NCBI GenBank assembly: GCA_965287045.1
Contig: OZ336872.1
Coordinates: 41,106,001-41,170,000, forward strand
Origin: Carcharhinus amblyrhynchos
Lineage: Eukaryota
Length of the DNA: 64,000 bases
Direction: 5' to 3'
Shown: positions 50,091 through 62,099 of the stretch, piece after piece
Layout: every line of letters begins with the position of its first letter
How positions within the stretch are numbered: position 1 is the stretch's first letter
Made by a program: the position numbers and the translations under genes
Notes under the pieces: generated by a model
What the model was told of the DNA's origin: nothing
The model's input: only the letters and a program-made list of their open reading frames with translations
Databases searched by the model: none

Positions 50091-51884
50091 TATCTACCAC
50101 TTGGAACAGGAAGCAAGGGTTTCTGTTGCACGAGATTCTTATCCTTCATAATCATGAAATGGCCCTCCTTTACAAGCCCCTGTCTTTCTTCACTTTTTAG
50201 ACATGGTCACAGTTGTCAATTCACTACATCATTTAAATCATGCTTGGTTTGAAAATGATTGAGTGCAATGCCTTGTTGAGAGTTTTACAAATAGACAGTT
50301 GCACATATTGGCAAGTTCATAGTTGTTACAATCATACCTTGTGTTTTTTTTAATAGTCACGTGCTTTCTCTCAAAATGCACTTTCGGAAGCTCATCTTTG
50401 TAATATGATTATTGGAGTATGTTGGATTATTTTCTGTCCGAAATACTGTTTTTAATTAAACCTCTGGACCAAAAGTTGTTACACGATTAGCTACATTGCA
50501 TTCACATATTGGAAAGCTCTTTTGTTCACTGATGTTGCCAATCAATCACTTCTTGTGATGATCAGCTGAGCATTTCTTCTTCCTCTTGTTCTACTCTGAG
50601 GAATAGTCTTTAACCATCTTGAATCTGTTCGCTATAACACTCGTATTAAATGGCTTTCTTTCCTTTTCTCCTTGCATCTTTAAAAAACTTTGTCTAATCC
50701 TGCCTCTCCATATGTGATAACCAGTGCATTCTCAGGACATTAGTTGCATTCAGCATTGCTATAGCAGGATTGATGGAATTGTAATGCCTGATGCCCAGCT
50801 ACTATTGCACCACACATGTTAACATCTGGCAGGACGTCTCAGTGATTTAAAAGAGCAGGGAAAATGGTTCCTCAAATGATTTCACATCCTCAACTGCTCA
50901 ATTACAGTTCTAAAATACAATGGAGAACCCTACCTGCTGTCTTTCCAAAGATTTATGCTGATATAGCCACATGTTTAGTCAGTTTGGATCAATGGTTCAC
51001 TCCATGGAAACCTCATAAAAAATTTAATTTGCCAAATGTAATTGTGCTGCTTCGTCAGCAAAATTGGCAAACAGGACACAAAATTGAGCTTTTTTAAGAC
51101 TACATACAGCAGAAGTTCCCACCCTGGGTGCCATAACAATTGGTGTGCCATGGAACAAGATTCAAAATTGATGTGAATAATATAAATCTAATCTTCGTTT
51201 TCAGCTCCATGGTTGGCATCTCCAAGTCCTGATGAACCTTAGACTTTCCATGCCTGTGCTGGCCAGGAAAGGGTGCCACATGTGCATGCTTCAGATTTTT
51301 TTACATTGGTCAGGTATATGCGCAAACGAGCTGCAAAAAGTCTGGAAGAAGTGAGGGAGAGGTTAAAAAAAAAACAGGATAGAAAGAGAAATAAAAAACA
51401 GAATTCTCAGAAAGGGAAGAACATCGGGCTAAGAGACAGGAAGGAATAAAGTTAAGAAAAGGAAAAACAGCACCAATTAGAGAAAGGACTACAAAGAGAA
51501 GTGAGGTGGGCTTGGGAGAAACTCTAGTAGTTGAAGGGACCCCAAAAGATGCTGCAAAAATCCGTGAAGGCAACTGAAAGCTGGTAATTCTGTTGCATGA
51601 TATTGGGACAAGGATACACTTTGGTACGGTCAAAGAAATGAGCTTGAGGGACTTTACCGTATTGTATGTTTGATCATAGTTTGCAATAGATAAGTTCTAG
51701 AAAGGAAGTGAAGAATCCTGCTCTGATTCGGATCTGGCCAAAAGAACAGAACCTCAAGAAAAAAAAGGATTTATACACAGACAGTACTGTGACATCTACC
51801 TGGCCTTTAGATTTTCGTGGACTAGTGATGCTTCTTTCCCTGTGCCTGAATACCTAATTTACTATGTGTGACATAGAATCAAAA

Positions 51885-52445
51885 TGGTAAAATAGGGCCA
51901 TAAGTGCTGAGCAAACTTGAAAGTGGGAGTGTTTCAGATCTGACTTTTAGACTTATTCTGAGGCACCCCCATTTACACTCTGCCTGAAAAAATATCAGCG
52001 ATTCCAAATTGTGCTGCAGAAGCCTGTGGGCGAGACTTAACACGCCCGAAACCCTGCAGCTCCAATCGGTGCCCCCAACTATGCATGCGCAGAAAAGAAA
52101 TGATAAAATGCGGCTCCTCTGCTATATCCCTCCTGGGCTGGATAATGTATCCCCTTGACCCCCACAGACATCTCCACAGCATTACTGACCCCCTTATTTC
52201 ACACACACACCCCCCCCCCCCCACCCCGGTAACGTAATGGTAAAGGGGGAAGTGCTTGTGAAGTTGGGCATGCAACCCATTAAGTCAATTTAAATGCATG
52301 CAAATATATTTATATGGCCATTGCACCCATTTCAGGCACAGTTCCAATCGTGGCTATTTTCAGGCCTTGCTAAAGGGGGAACGGTGCAGAGGCCAGGGCA
52401 GATTGTGTCACTTGCCTCGCGCAATGCATTGGTAAAATCGGGCCG
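51885..52445. mobile_element. MITE-like element
   Basis: GC/CpG-richer island with GGTAAAATAGGGCC (~51886) and terminal GGTAAAATCGGGCC (~52431-52444), the same terminal motif as the 24405 insert; left boundary uncertain. Confidence 0.5.
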
Positions 52446-52589
52446 TTGGTGTCAAATTCTGATTTATAATGGTTCTGTGAAGTTTTGTGGAACATTTTCT
52501 TATGTTAAATACAAATTGTTGTTGCATTACCTGTTTGATTTCTTGGTGACTATCTTATGTTGATGGTCTCCGCTTTTGTTCTTCCCCAC

Positions 52590-53045
52590 AAGTAGAAATA
52601 TATTTTGTACCTACTTGATAGATACATGCATAATTCTAAAGGCCCCTTTCAGGCCACTCCTCAGTCGTCTTTGTTCAAGAGAAAGTAAATGCAGCCAGCT
52701 CAATTTTCGCTGATTCACTTGCCAATCATGTGCCTATTTAGCAAGTTTATTATTGTCATCTTGTAATTAATTGCAGCCCCTCCCAGCTTCGCGTCATCCA
52801 CAAATTTAGTAATTGTGTCTTTGATTCCAAAGCCTGAACCATTAATATAAATTGTGAACAAGACCAGCCTCTGCACTTGATCTGTGAGATCCCACTCCCA
52901 CCTTCTGTCAATCTGAATAGCTACCCTTTACCAAAGCCAGCCAGCTATCCATTCTGTTACTTGTCTCCAGACTCCATGTGCTGATTTCATTCTTTGCTCT
53001 ATTATGTGATGCTATAGTAAAAGCCTTTTGGAAAACTAGATCTGT
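52590..53045 (-). mobile_element. Old CR1 fragment
   Basis: gcgtcatccacaaattt (KFVDD on minus strand) and aaagccttttggaaaactaga remnants. Confidence 0.55.
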
Positions 53046-54989
53046 TAATTCTAATGGCTTTTATGTCTGTGTTCAACTTTATCTGTTACAATTGAGGTTT
53101 ATAAGATGATAATGTTTTGGAAGTTAAAATGAAGGGAGTCGTGTGACAATTCTGAACTCTGGTTTATTTGAAGGACTGGCTGAACAACATCCAAAGTTGT
53201 CATCTAGGAACAAAGGGAAAAGGCAGTAAATAGACTTGCTGGCCCCAGTTTTTAAGGCAGAAGGGAAAGAGAGATAGGAAAAGAGCAATAGTTTGTTTGA
53301 GCAGCAGAGGGAAGAGGCTGCAGGGTCTTGGCAAGCTAGTGAAGCTGGATGCAGATGGGAGACAATCTTTAGCTAGGACATTCCACAGCTACCTAAAGAT
53401 TCTGGGAGATTCGTCTTGATATGGCCAGAGAGGAAAGGTCAAATAAAAGGACTTTACTGCTGTTAGTGGATATGAGAAACTTCAAAAGCTGAGGGAAGCA
53501 CCTGGGGATGATCATTCAAAGTTACGACTCAATGAAATGAGGAAAAATTGAGCCCACTGGAAGCTAGAAGCAACTGTGCTCTCCACAGAGTTCCAATCCA
53601 TCCAACAATGTGTAATAAGTATAAAAGAGGACTGTCCCTTTGTGTAGTTTGAAGTATAAGTCACCTACAAAAATACATAGACAATAATATTTTAGTTGTT
53701 TGTTATTTGTCATGTCATCCTTTTCAGCTATTAATTGGAAGTTGCAATTTCTTTTTAAAATGTTATCTGTCTCTATGGGAATCTAAACATATCCAATATT
53801 TACGTATGGACTTGGAGCCAGATTCGTGAGGCTATTGGACTCTACTGTTTGCTCACTTGGTTTTTAACATTGAATAAAGATTCATTCACTAAGAAGATAT
53901 TTTGATAACATTAATGAAGCATTTTGGAATATTTATTACAACTATAGAGACGGGGTGACTGTGATTTCATATCAGTCTGAAAACACTCTGGGGTTCACCC
54001 TGGGAAACCACATTATAAACCGTCAATGCAAATCCTCCAGAGTGTAATGAGATTTTGAGTTTCACTACTGCCTTCTCTGCAGTGGTCCTATTCAGAATAC
54101 ATGTTATTTCTCTGTAGTTGGCATCATTAGAATGACTTGTCAGTAAAGATGACACTTCCTGAGAATCTTCATGTCTGCCTTAAGATAGAACTTGGTTAAA
54201 TATCAATCAAGTTCATTCATCCTTGATATACAAAGTGGGAGTATTTTGCACAATAAGCACTTTTCTTGCTCTTGTGCCATTTAAGATGGATTTTGCTTTG
54301 TGGATGGATCCACAGTTAGTAAGAATAGACTTATTTAAGCAGCACCTTGCTGGAAATTAAAGACAGAAAAGAGCATTCCCATCACTTCTAAGGAATTTGT
54401 TTTAAGATGTGAAAGTGAAAACGGTGTTCTAGCTTGGAGTTAAGTATTTATATTATAAACTGTTTAAGATTAATTTTGTTTTAGAGTAATTCAGGAATTG
54501 TGATCTGTATTTAGTTTCAAGTTTTAATTAAGTGATTACCAATTTTTAAAAATAGAAATATCTTGAACAAATAAATACTTTTGTAAACAAGTGATAAAAT
54601 ATACAATTCATTAAGCTTTTTCATCATGTTTGCAATTCACAACTATTCGTTCAATTCAGAAACAAGTGGTGCTAATCTGTTAAGATAATGTTAGCAGAAT
54701 GTAGTAAATTGTTTCTAATGCAATACAAATCGTAACTGATATCACAGCATTAGAAGGTAACTGATTGTAATACATATCCAAACTGCAGACTTCATAAACA
54801 TTAACCTGAAAAGATAAGTAGTTTAGATTAGTTATATATATATATAGATATCATTGACATTTCTGCGTTTTGTATTACCAAAACATATGATAGCTTGTTC
54901 AATGTTTTATGCCAGTACTGATGCCTTTGTATATAATTTTGTTAATCCAAAATGAAAGTCACTGATAAATGTAAAAGCTTATATTTGTT

Positions 54990-56735
54990 GTGTATTTTGC
55001 TGGCCAGGCCAGCAATTGTTGCCCATTTCAAATTACCCTTGAGAAGGTGGTGGTGAGCTGCTGCCTTGAGCCACTGTAGTTCATGTGGTGGAGGTACACC
55101 CACAGTGCTTTTCGGGAGGGACATCCAGGTTTTTGATCCAGTGAAAGATCAATGATATATTTCCAACTTCAGATGTTGAGTGGCTTGGAGGGAAACTTGC
55201 AGATGTTGGTGTTTCCATGTATCTGCTGCTTTAGTCCTTTAGATGGTAGTGGTTGCGAGTTTGGAAGATGTTGGCTGCGATTCTCCCATTCTGCTACACT
55301 AATTTTTAATGCAGTGGGCTGGGAGATTCTTGCCTCGGCCAATTCGCGGTGTTTGTGCATGCGTTCCATCGCAATAGCATATCCCAGCTCTGCGCCGGAA
55401 GTTGGCAGAGAGGCATGAAAATCATTTCGATGGTCATTTGAATCTCATTTAAATGAGATTAGTGGGCCCGGGACTGAAATCTGAGACTGCTGACATCTCC
55501 TCCCCTTCCCAGAGTGGTTCACGTCAGCAGGTTTACAGAGCTTTTCACCAGAGTGAAGAGGGGGCAATTGGGGTCCCCCAGAGGGTTGGGCAGTCGGAGT
55601 GCCTCCTGGGCATTGACACCTTAGCAATGCCAGCCTGGTCCCCCAGTACTGCCCAAGGGGCAAAGTGCCAATGCCCAACGGCAAGGGCAGTGCCTAAGGG
55701 ACAGGGCCTGATGTGGCCTCAAGGGGCGATCTGTGGAGGTGGGGATCCTGCTGCCACACAGCATTGGTAGGAGAAGGAGGGAGGCCAGTGATCAGGATGG
55801 GGGGGGGGCATCAGTCTGGTTGGGGGGGATTACACTGCAAGGATATTTGTCGGGGAAGGCTGGGCTGGAGATCGGGGTGGGCCAGGCAGGGGGGTTCCGG
55901 GGCTGGCCTGGGAATGGGTGGGGGCAGGCCAACGATCAGGCTGTGGGATAGCTCGGAGAGCTGGCAACGCAGGGATTGTGGGGCTGGTCAGCAATCAGGA
56001 GGCACACACTGATCTCGGCGCTGAGAGATCGGCGCATGTGCTGTGGCCCATTCAGCACTATGCTGCCGGCCTCTCCAGCGGAAATGGATCCTGCCCCCAG
56101 CTTTATAATATGCATGGTAGTGACCTCAGTAGTGCACAGGGCGTGGGAGATTCTTTTCTGAACTCTCACTGGAAAAAAACAGCGTGAATTACTCCAGTTT
56201 TCATGCAAATTCGACACAGAATTTTTTTGGGAGAATTCCGTTGTTTGAAGAGCCTTGAGAGTTTGTCCTCAAGTTTCTACTACTTAAGTTTCTACTAAGC
56301 TGCTACTCAGTATCAGTGGTGAGGGTGTAAGTGTTTGTGGGTGGGGTGCCAGTCAGGTTGGCTGTATTATCCTGGATGGTTTCAAGCTTCTTGAGTGTTG
56401 TTGGAGCCGCATTCATCCAGGCAGCTGGATATTCCATCACACTGCTAATTTACGCCTTGTAGATTCTGGATGACTTTTGGGGAGTTAGAAGGTGAGTTAC
56501 TTGTCACAGAATTTCTCACCTCTGACCTGCTGTTGTAGCTGTGGTAGTTATATGGCTGGTCCAGTTCAGTTTCTGGTACATGGTATCCCTCAGGATGTTG
56601 ATCGTGGGTGATTCAGCGATGGTAATGCCATTGAATGTGAAGGAGCAATGGGTAGATTCTCTATTGCTGGGGATGGTTATTGCCTGGCACTTGTGTGGTG
56701 TGAATGTTACTTGTCCCTTATCAACTGAACCCTGG
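54990..56735 (-). mobile_element. LINE 3' portion (family of 8495) split by a MITE-like insertion
   Basis: Tail ccttgagaaggtggtggtgagctg at 55035; LINE sequence stops at ~55272 and resumes at ~56241. Confidence 0.75.
55273..56240 (+). mobile_element. ~970-bp GC-rich non-autonomous DNA transposon (MITE-like, possibly PIF/Harbinger-derived)
   Basis: Ends GGCTGCGATTCTCCCA and TGGGAGAATTCCG are imperfect TIRs; cleanly interrupts a LINE; related copies at 42825 and 12415. Superfamily is inferred. Confidence 0.75.
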
Positions 56736-57559
56736 GGCCACCAGCTCTCTTATTTGTGACCTGTGCAATAATTCTTGAGTGAGAAAATATTTTTCAATAA
56801 ATCAAATGAAAAACTGACACAAATTGCTGACTTCGGTATGATTTTTCACTACTAAATAAAAGCTTAATAATCTTTAAGTTAATGTATTAATGGCTGAAAT
56901 CATCTACGCAGTGCAAGTTACAACCAGAAGATGATTTAAAATGATAATTGTGTAACCAATATCAAATAATTGGTTACACTTAATAATGGAAAGATCATAG
57001 TTATATTTTTAGCTCATTGGTAATTTTCCATTGCTTATACAGCAATGTTAAATGTGACCCTGCCATTCCCTGTGTTGGAGAGAACACCATCCTTGAGCTA
57101 CACTTTAGAACGTCTTACCATACTGTCAGCAGCAGTCTCTGGCTTTTTGCCAACCAGTGGAAAAGTACTGTGAATAAGTGAAGTTTGTTGTTCTATGCAG
57201 TTTTAAGTAACTTTCCTGTGGAATTTTTTTTTGCATTGTGACAGTTCAAAGTCATTAAGTGAAATTTAAGGACAACTTAAATTTAGAACAGTTTTTGGAC
57301 CCCCATAGTTGCCTCAAGTACTCAATTTCTTAGGTAATGTACTCAATCTGTGTGTACAGATTCTTACAGCACTGAGGAAAAAAATGATTAGATGGCCAAT
57401 CATTAGTCAGCTGTTAATCATTTTTTGGGAGAATCAAAGCCTCATTTTACAAACTTTATGACTGTCACAGTGATATCCTCATGTTATTACTTGTGTCAAC
57501 TTCAGAATATTCCTTCATTTTTGAAGTAGCCCCTGCCTATCTACGACAGGATCTGAATA

Positions 57560-58275
57560 ACATGTCGATTTAGGATACAAATGGTAGTCAACATTTGTGC
57601 CAATTAAGTGCGAATCTCAAACAAGAGGAAGTCAAGTCATCTCATTATAATCTTCAATAGTAACACTGACATCATTCACCCATCATTAACATCCTGCAGG
57701 TCACCTTTGACTAGGACTGTACCAGCAATGTGGTACAAAATTGGAGAAAGACTGTGTAGTTTGCCACATGTGACTCACTTTCTGATCCCTGAAAATCTTG
57801 CCACCATCTACAAAGGTTCAAATCAACTGCGTGATGGATTGCTCTCCACATGCCTGGCTGGGAGTAGCCACAAATAAATTCAAGAAACTTGACACCATTC
57901 AGGACAGAGCAGTTAACTTGATTAATTGCCTTGTTATTGGAATCCATATCCACCCTCTCAGCAATCGTATGCTGTGGTTGCTGTATGTATGATTTACAGA
58001 AATCAGCCATTCACTAAAGTTAATTGACAGCATTTTTTCTTTTGACCATCAAGAGGAACAAGACCAGCAATATTTTGGGAACATAGTTCCAAAGCTTTCA
58101 CTACTTATGCATTGTCCATTGCTTAATCACTGCTGGAAAAGAATCTTGGAACTCCTGATCAAACAGCACTGTTGCACCAGTGGCTCAAGGGGAAACCCAG
58201 CCATCGCCATCTTTGGGCAACTAGAAATGGGCAATAAATGTGGCTTATCCATATCTCCCACATTCATAGATGAAA
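57560..58275 (+). mobile_element. Old LINE 3' end (family of 8495)
   Basis: KKLDTIQDRAVNLI remnant and tail gggcaactagaaatgggcaataaatg. Confidence 0.7.
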
Positions 58276-58629
58276 AGAAATGACAAAAGTATTTAGATCT
58301 TCCTGCTTTTTATGAAATATTAATATTTCTATATCAGAGAATATTGGAACCATTAGTGGAACAGGGACTCTATTATAATAATGAGATTTATATGATTGTT
58401 ACGTTTTGGGACTTTTTAATTTAGAAGTCTGCCTGATAGACCTGGGTGAGAAGCCAGTTAAAGATTCATGGGAGGCCCAGGTTGTCTTGCTGAGGAGAAG
58501 GTATATGGGGTTCACACTTGGATGCAATGGCAGCAATATCTATGTATAGAATGGTTCAATTGGTAGTCTCCAAAATTCCAGGGAAGTTTTGACAATGTCA
58601 CTTTGTAAACCACCATGCTATAAACTGTC

Positions 58630-60413
58630 CACTTAGTTCCAGGATTGGAAAAGAGCAAATGTGATGCCAATGTTTAAAAAAAGGAGGTAGACCATAGATG
58701 GTTAACTATAAGCTGGTTAGCTTAATCTTTATAGGGGGGAAAATGCTTGAATCTAACATCAAGGAAGAAATAGTGAGACATCTGGATAGAAATTGTCCCA
58801 TTGGGCAGACACAACGTGGGTTCATGAAGGGCAGGTCACGTTTAACTAATTTACAGGAATTCTTTGAGGACTTTATGAGCATGGTAGACAACAGGGAACT
58901 GGTGGATGTGGTTTATCTGGATTTCCAGAAGGCATTCAATGAGATGCTGCACAAAAGACTGCTGCATAAGGTGCAGGAGTTCTGGGTAATCTATTAGTAT
59001 CGATAGAGGATTGGTTAATTAACAGAAAGCAAAGACTGGGAACAAATTGTTGTTTTTCTGGTTCGGTGACTAATGGTGTGCCTCAGAGATCAGTGTTGGG
59101 ACCGCAATTGTTTACGATTTACATTGATGATTTGGAGTTAGGGACCAAGTGTAGTGTGTCAAAGTTTGCAGATGTCACTAAGATGAATGGTAGAGCAAAG
59201 TGTGCAGAGGACACCGGAAGTCTGCGGAAGAATATAGATAGTTTAAGTGAGTGAGCAAGGGTCTGGCCGATGGGATACAATATTAGTAAGTGTGAGGTCA
59301 TCCATTTGGATAGGAATAATAGCAAAATAGACTATTATTTAAATTGCAGCATGTTGCTGTGCAGAGGGGGCCTGTGTGTCCTTGTGCATGAATTGCAAAT
59401 AGTTGGTTTGCAGGTAATTAAGAAGGCAAATGGAAATTTGTCCTTTATTGCTAGAGGGATAGAGTTTAAAAACAAGGAAGTTATGTTGCAGCTGTAGAAG
59501 GTGCTGGTGAGGTCACACCTGGAGTACTCTCTACAGTTTTGGTCTGCTTACTTGAGAAAGGATACAAATCATACAATCCCTATGGTGTAGAAGGAGGCTA
59601 TTCGGCCCATCGAGTCTGCACTGACCACAATCCTACCCAAGCCGTATTCCTGTAACCCCAATACAGAAATAGGGCCTGCTAATAATACCCTGCTAATTTA
59701 CCCCTGACGCTACAGTCCATTTAGCATAGCCAATCAACCTAACCTGCACATCTTTGGAGTGTGGGAGAAAACCGAGCACCAGAAGAAAACCCACGTGGAG
59801 GTGGGAAGAATGTGCAAACTCCACACAAACTGACCCAAGGCCAGAATTGGACCAGGTCCCTGGCGCTGTGAGGCAACAGTGCTAACACTCTGCCATCGTG
59901 CCGTCTGAATGTTCTGGCAGTGGAGGGGGTGCAGAGGAGAGTCACTGGAATTTAGAGGATTGGCTTATGAGGAGAGACTGAGTAGATTGGGACTATACTC
60001 ATTGACGTTTAGAAGAATGTGGGGTGATCTTATAGAAGCATATTAAATTATGAAGTGAATAGATAAGATAGAAGCAGGGAGGTTGTTTCCACTGGCAGGT
60101 GAAACTAGAACTAGGGGGCATAGCCTCAAAATAAGGGTGAACAGGTTTAGGACTGAATTGCTGATGAACTTCTTCACCCAAAGGGTTGTGAATCTGTGGA
60201 ATTCCCTACCCAGTGAAGCAGTTTAGGCTCCCTCATCGAATGTTTTTAAGGCAAGGATAGATAGGTTATTGAGCAGTAAAGGAATTAAGGGTTATGGTGA
60301 GTGGGCGGGTAAATGGAGCTGAGTCCACAAAAAGATCACCCATTTATCTTATTGAATGGTGGAGGAGGCTCGAGGAGCCAGATGGCCTACTTCTACTCCT
60401 AGTTATGTTCTTA
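58630..60413 (+). mobile_element. 5'-truncated CR1 LINE, same subfamily as 15355-16942 but opposite strand
   Basis: HLDRNCPIGQTQRGFMKGRSRLTNL, VDVVYLDFQKAF, GVPQRSVLGPQLF, KFADVTK; tail GATGGCCTACTTCTACTCCTAGTTATGTTCTTA. Confidence 0.95.
59567..59903 (-). mobile_element. HE1-type SINE nested in CR1
   Basis: Tail aatcatacaatccctatggtgtagaaggaggctattcggcccatcg, V-core, and head gctaacactctgccatcgtgccg. Confidence 0.9.
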
Positions 60414-61254
60414 AGATATAATAGAGCTGGGAGCTAAGGAATAGATAATTAGCATTTCTGCTTGGATTCTAGGTCTATGTGTTTCATGTTATCTTAGACA
60501 TGAGCTTTGAGAGGGGAAAAATTTGTAAGATATCCCTGAAACAAGCAGATTAGTTACCCTGCTGAGATCCAGAAGAGAGGGAGAAGCTAAAGGCCAAAGT
60601 CTCTGTGGTTAATTACACTTGGATTGAGAAAACCAAATTCATAAGGATTGGAAAATGAACTTCACAGAAGAGAGAATCACCAGGGAAATCCTTCACTGTG
60701 AAAGACAGTTCAGGAATTAAATGTTCACAGGCTGGGAAAGGAAACCCTTGTGAGCTGAGAATCGCTTCGACCTGTGGAGAAAATCAAATATCTGCTGAAG
60801 GGACAGTGTAAAGTATACTGATAAATTGTACCTTTTTTCAGTCACATATAAAGCAAAAGGGGAAAGTTTTGTAGTTTAAAACATAAATTACCTGCAAAAG
60901 AGTGTTTAGTCAATCGTGCTTTTGCTGTTCAGTAAAAGTTGTAAAACATGAAATCTTGTCATGTCGTCCTCCTTATACATATTAACTGGAAGTTTGAATT
61001 TATTTTTTAAGGTTATTGCTTTCTATGGGGACTGTAACAATTAGAAAGGAGAGTGTAGTTAAGCATTATAGTTTTCTTCCCATTGTTTTGGTTTTTATTA
61101 TGAAGTAAACTTTGTACAAGCTAAAAATATTTGTTCACGCCAAGACTGTACATATTCAAAAAGACTATTTTCATTCTAACACTCTTCGTCTAGGTTATCT
61201 CTACCATCCTTGTGATCATGAACATTATAAGCACAATATCCTAGTGACTATGAT

Positions 61255-61500
61255 ACTGGACTGGGCGTTTGATGTCTGATGTTCAAGTTGAATAAAGTAA
61301 ATCTGATAATTTGTGGGTTAGCACCTGAAGCCAATCATGAAAACTGTAACATCCCAACTTGTTTGCTTTTCAGGGAAGGAAACCTGTCACCATACCTCAT
61401 CTGGCCCAAATGTAATTCTGATATGTGGTTGACTTTTAATGCCTCAAAGATTTGCAAGTAATGCTGTCTTGTTCGTGTTGCATATGCCCACAAGGACGAT
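61255..61500 (+). mobile_element. Degenerate copy of the SINE family at 6395
   Basis: ttcagggaaggaaacctgtcaccatacctcatctggccc...atgtggttgacttttaatgcc. Confidence 0.55.
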
Positions 61501-62099
61501 TTCGACATTGATTGAAGGGATAATATGCAAATGATAAGTAGCCAGGATGTAAACCATGTGACCAACAGAGGTGCTTTCAGTTGAGTTAGTAGCATGCTGT
61601 GTGAAGGAATTGCAGCTCTACTTTTCTGTTAACAATAGCTGTTGAATCCTTACAGTATATCTGTACCTCATCTTCAAATAAATCAAATCTATGTTTAGTT
61701 TCAGTCCTGTGCGAGACTCGTAAACATAAGCAAATATAGAAATGCAACATGGAAAGTAGAAGTGGTTCCTTCTAAACAGATTGATGAAGTTTGAAGATCA
61801 CAGGCAAGATTTGCACTGTGCAAAGGATGTATATGCATTGAAGACCCTGAGAGGCTGATGCCCTTTACAGACAGTGATTCACAGTGCAGTTAGTACCTGA
61901 TTAGGGTGTTTGCCAGATTGGTAGTGAATTGAGCAGTTGAATTTAAGTTGGACAGTGCAAGCTGCAGGGCTTAGGTGCGATCCCTGTGCAAAAGACAGCA
62001 AGCAAAACAGAAAAAAAAACTGAACTGCTGCAGAAAAGAAAACCACACAGTAGCTGCGTTGTTGAATCTCCCCACAGAGTTGATAAGCTGTGAACCCCC

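Larger units (their letters stand above)
58397..61039 (+). mobile_element. Possible solo LTR split by the CR1 insertion
   Basis: Begins TGTTAC and ends GTAACA (TG..CA with a 6-bp inverted terminus), with an AGTAAA poly(A)-like signal near 60931; no clear TSD. Confidence 0.4.

Noticed and set aside
53142-53869. Possible second solo LTR (TGTGACA...TAACA)
   Set aside because: Termini only weakly inverted, no TSD and no second copy in the window
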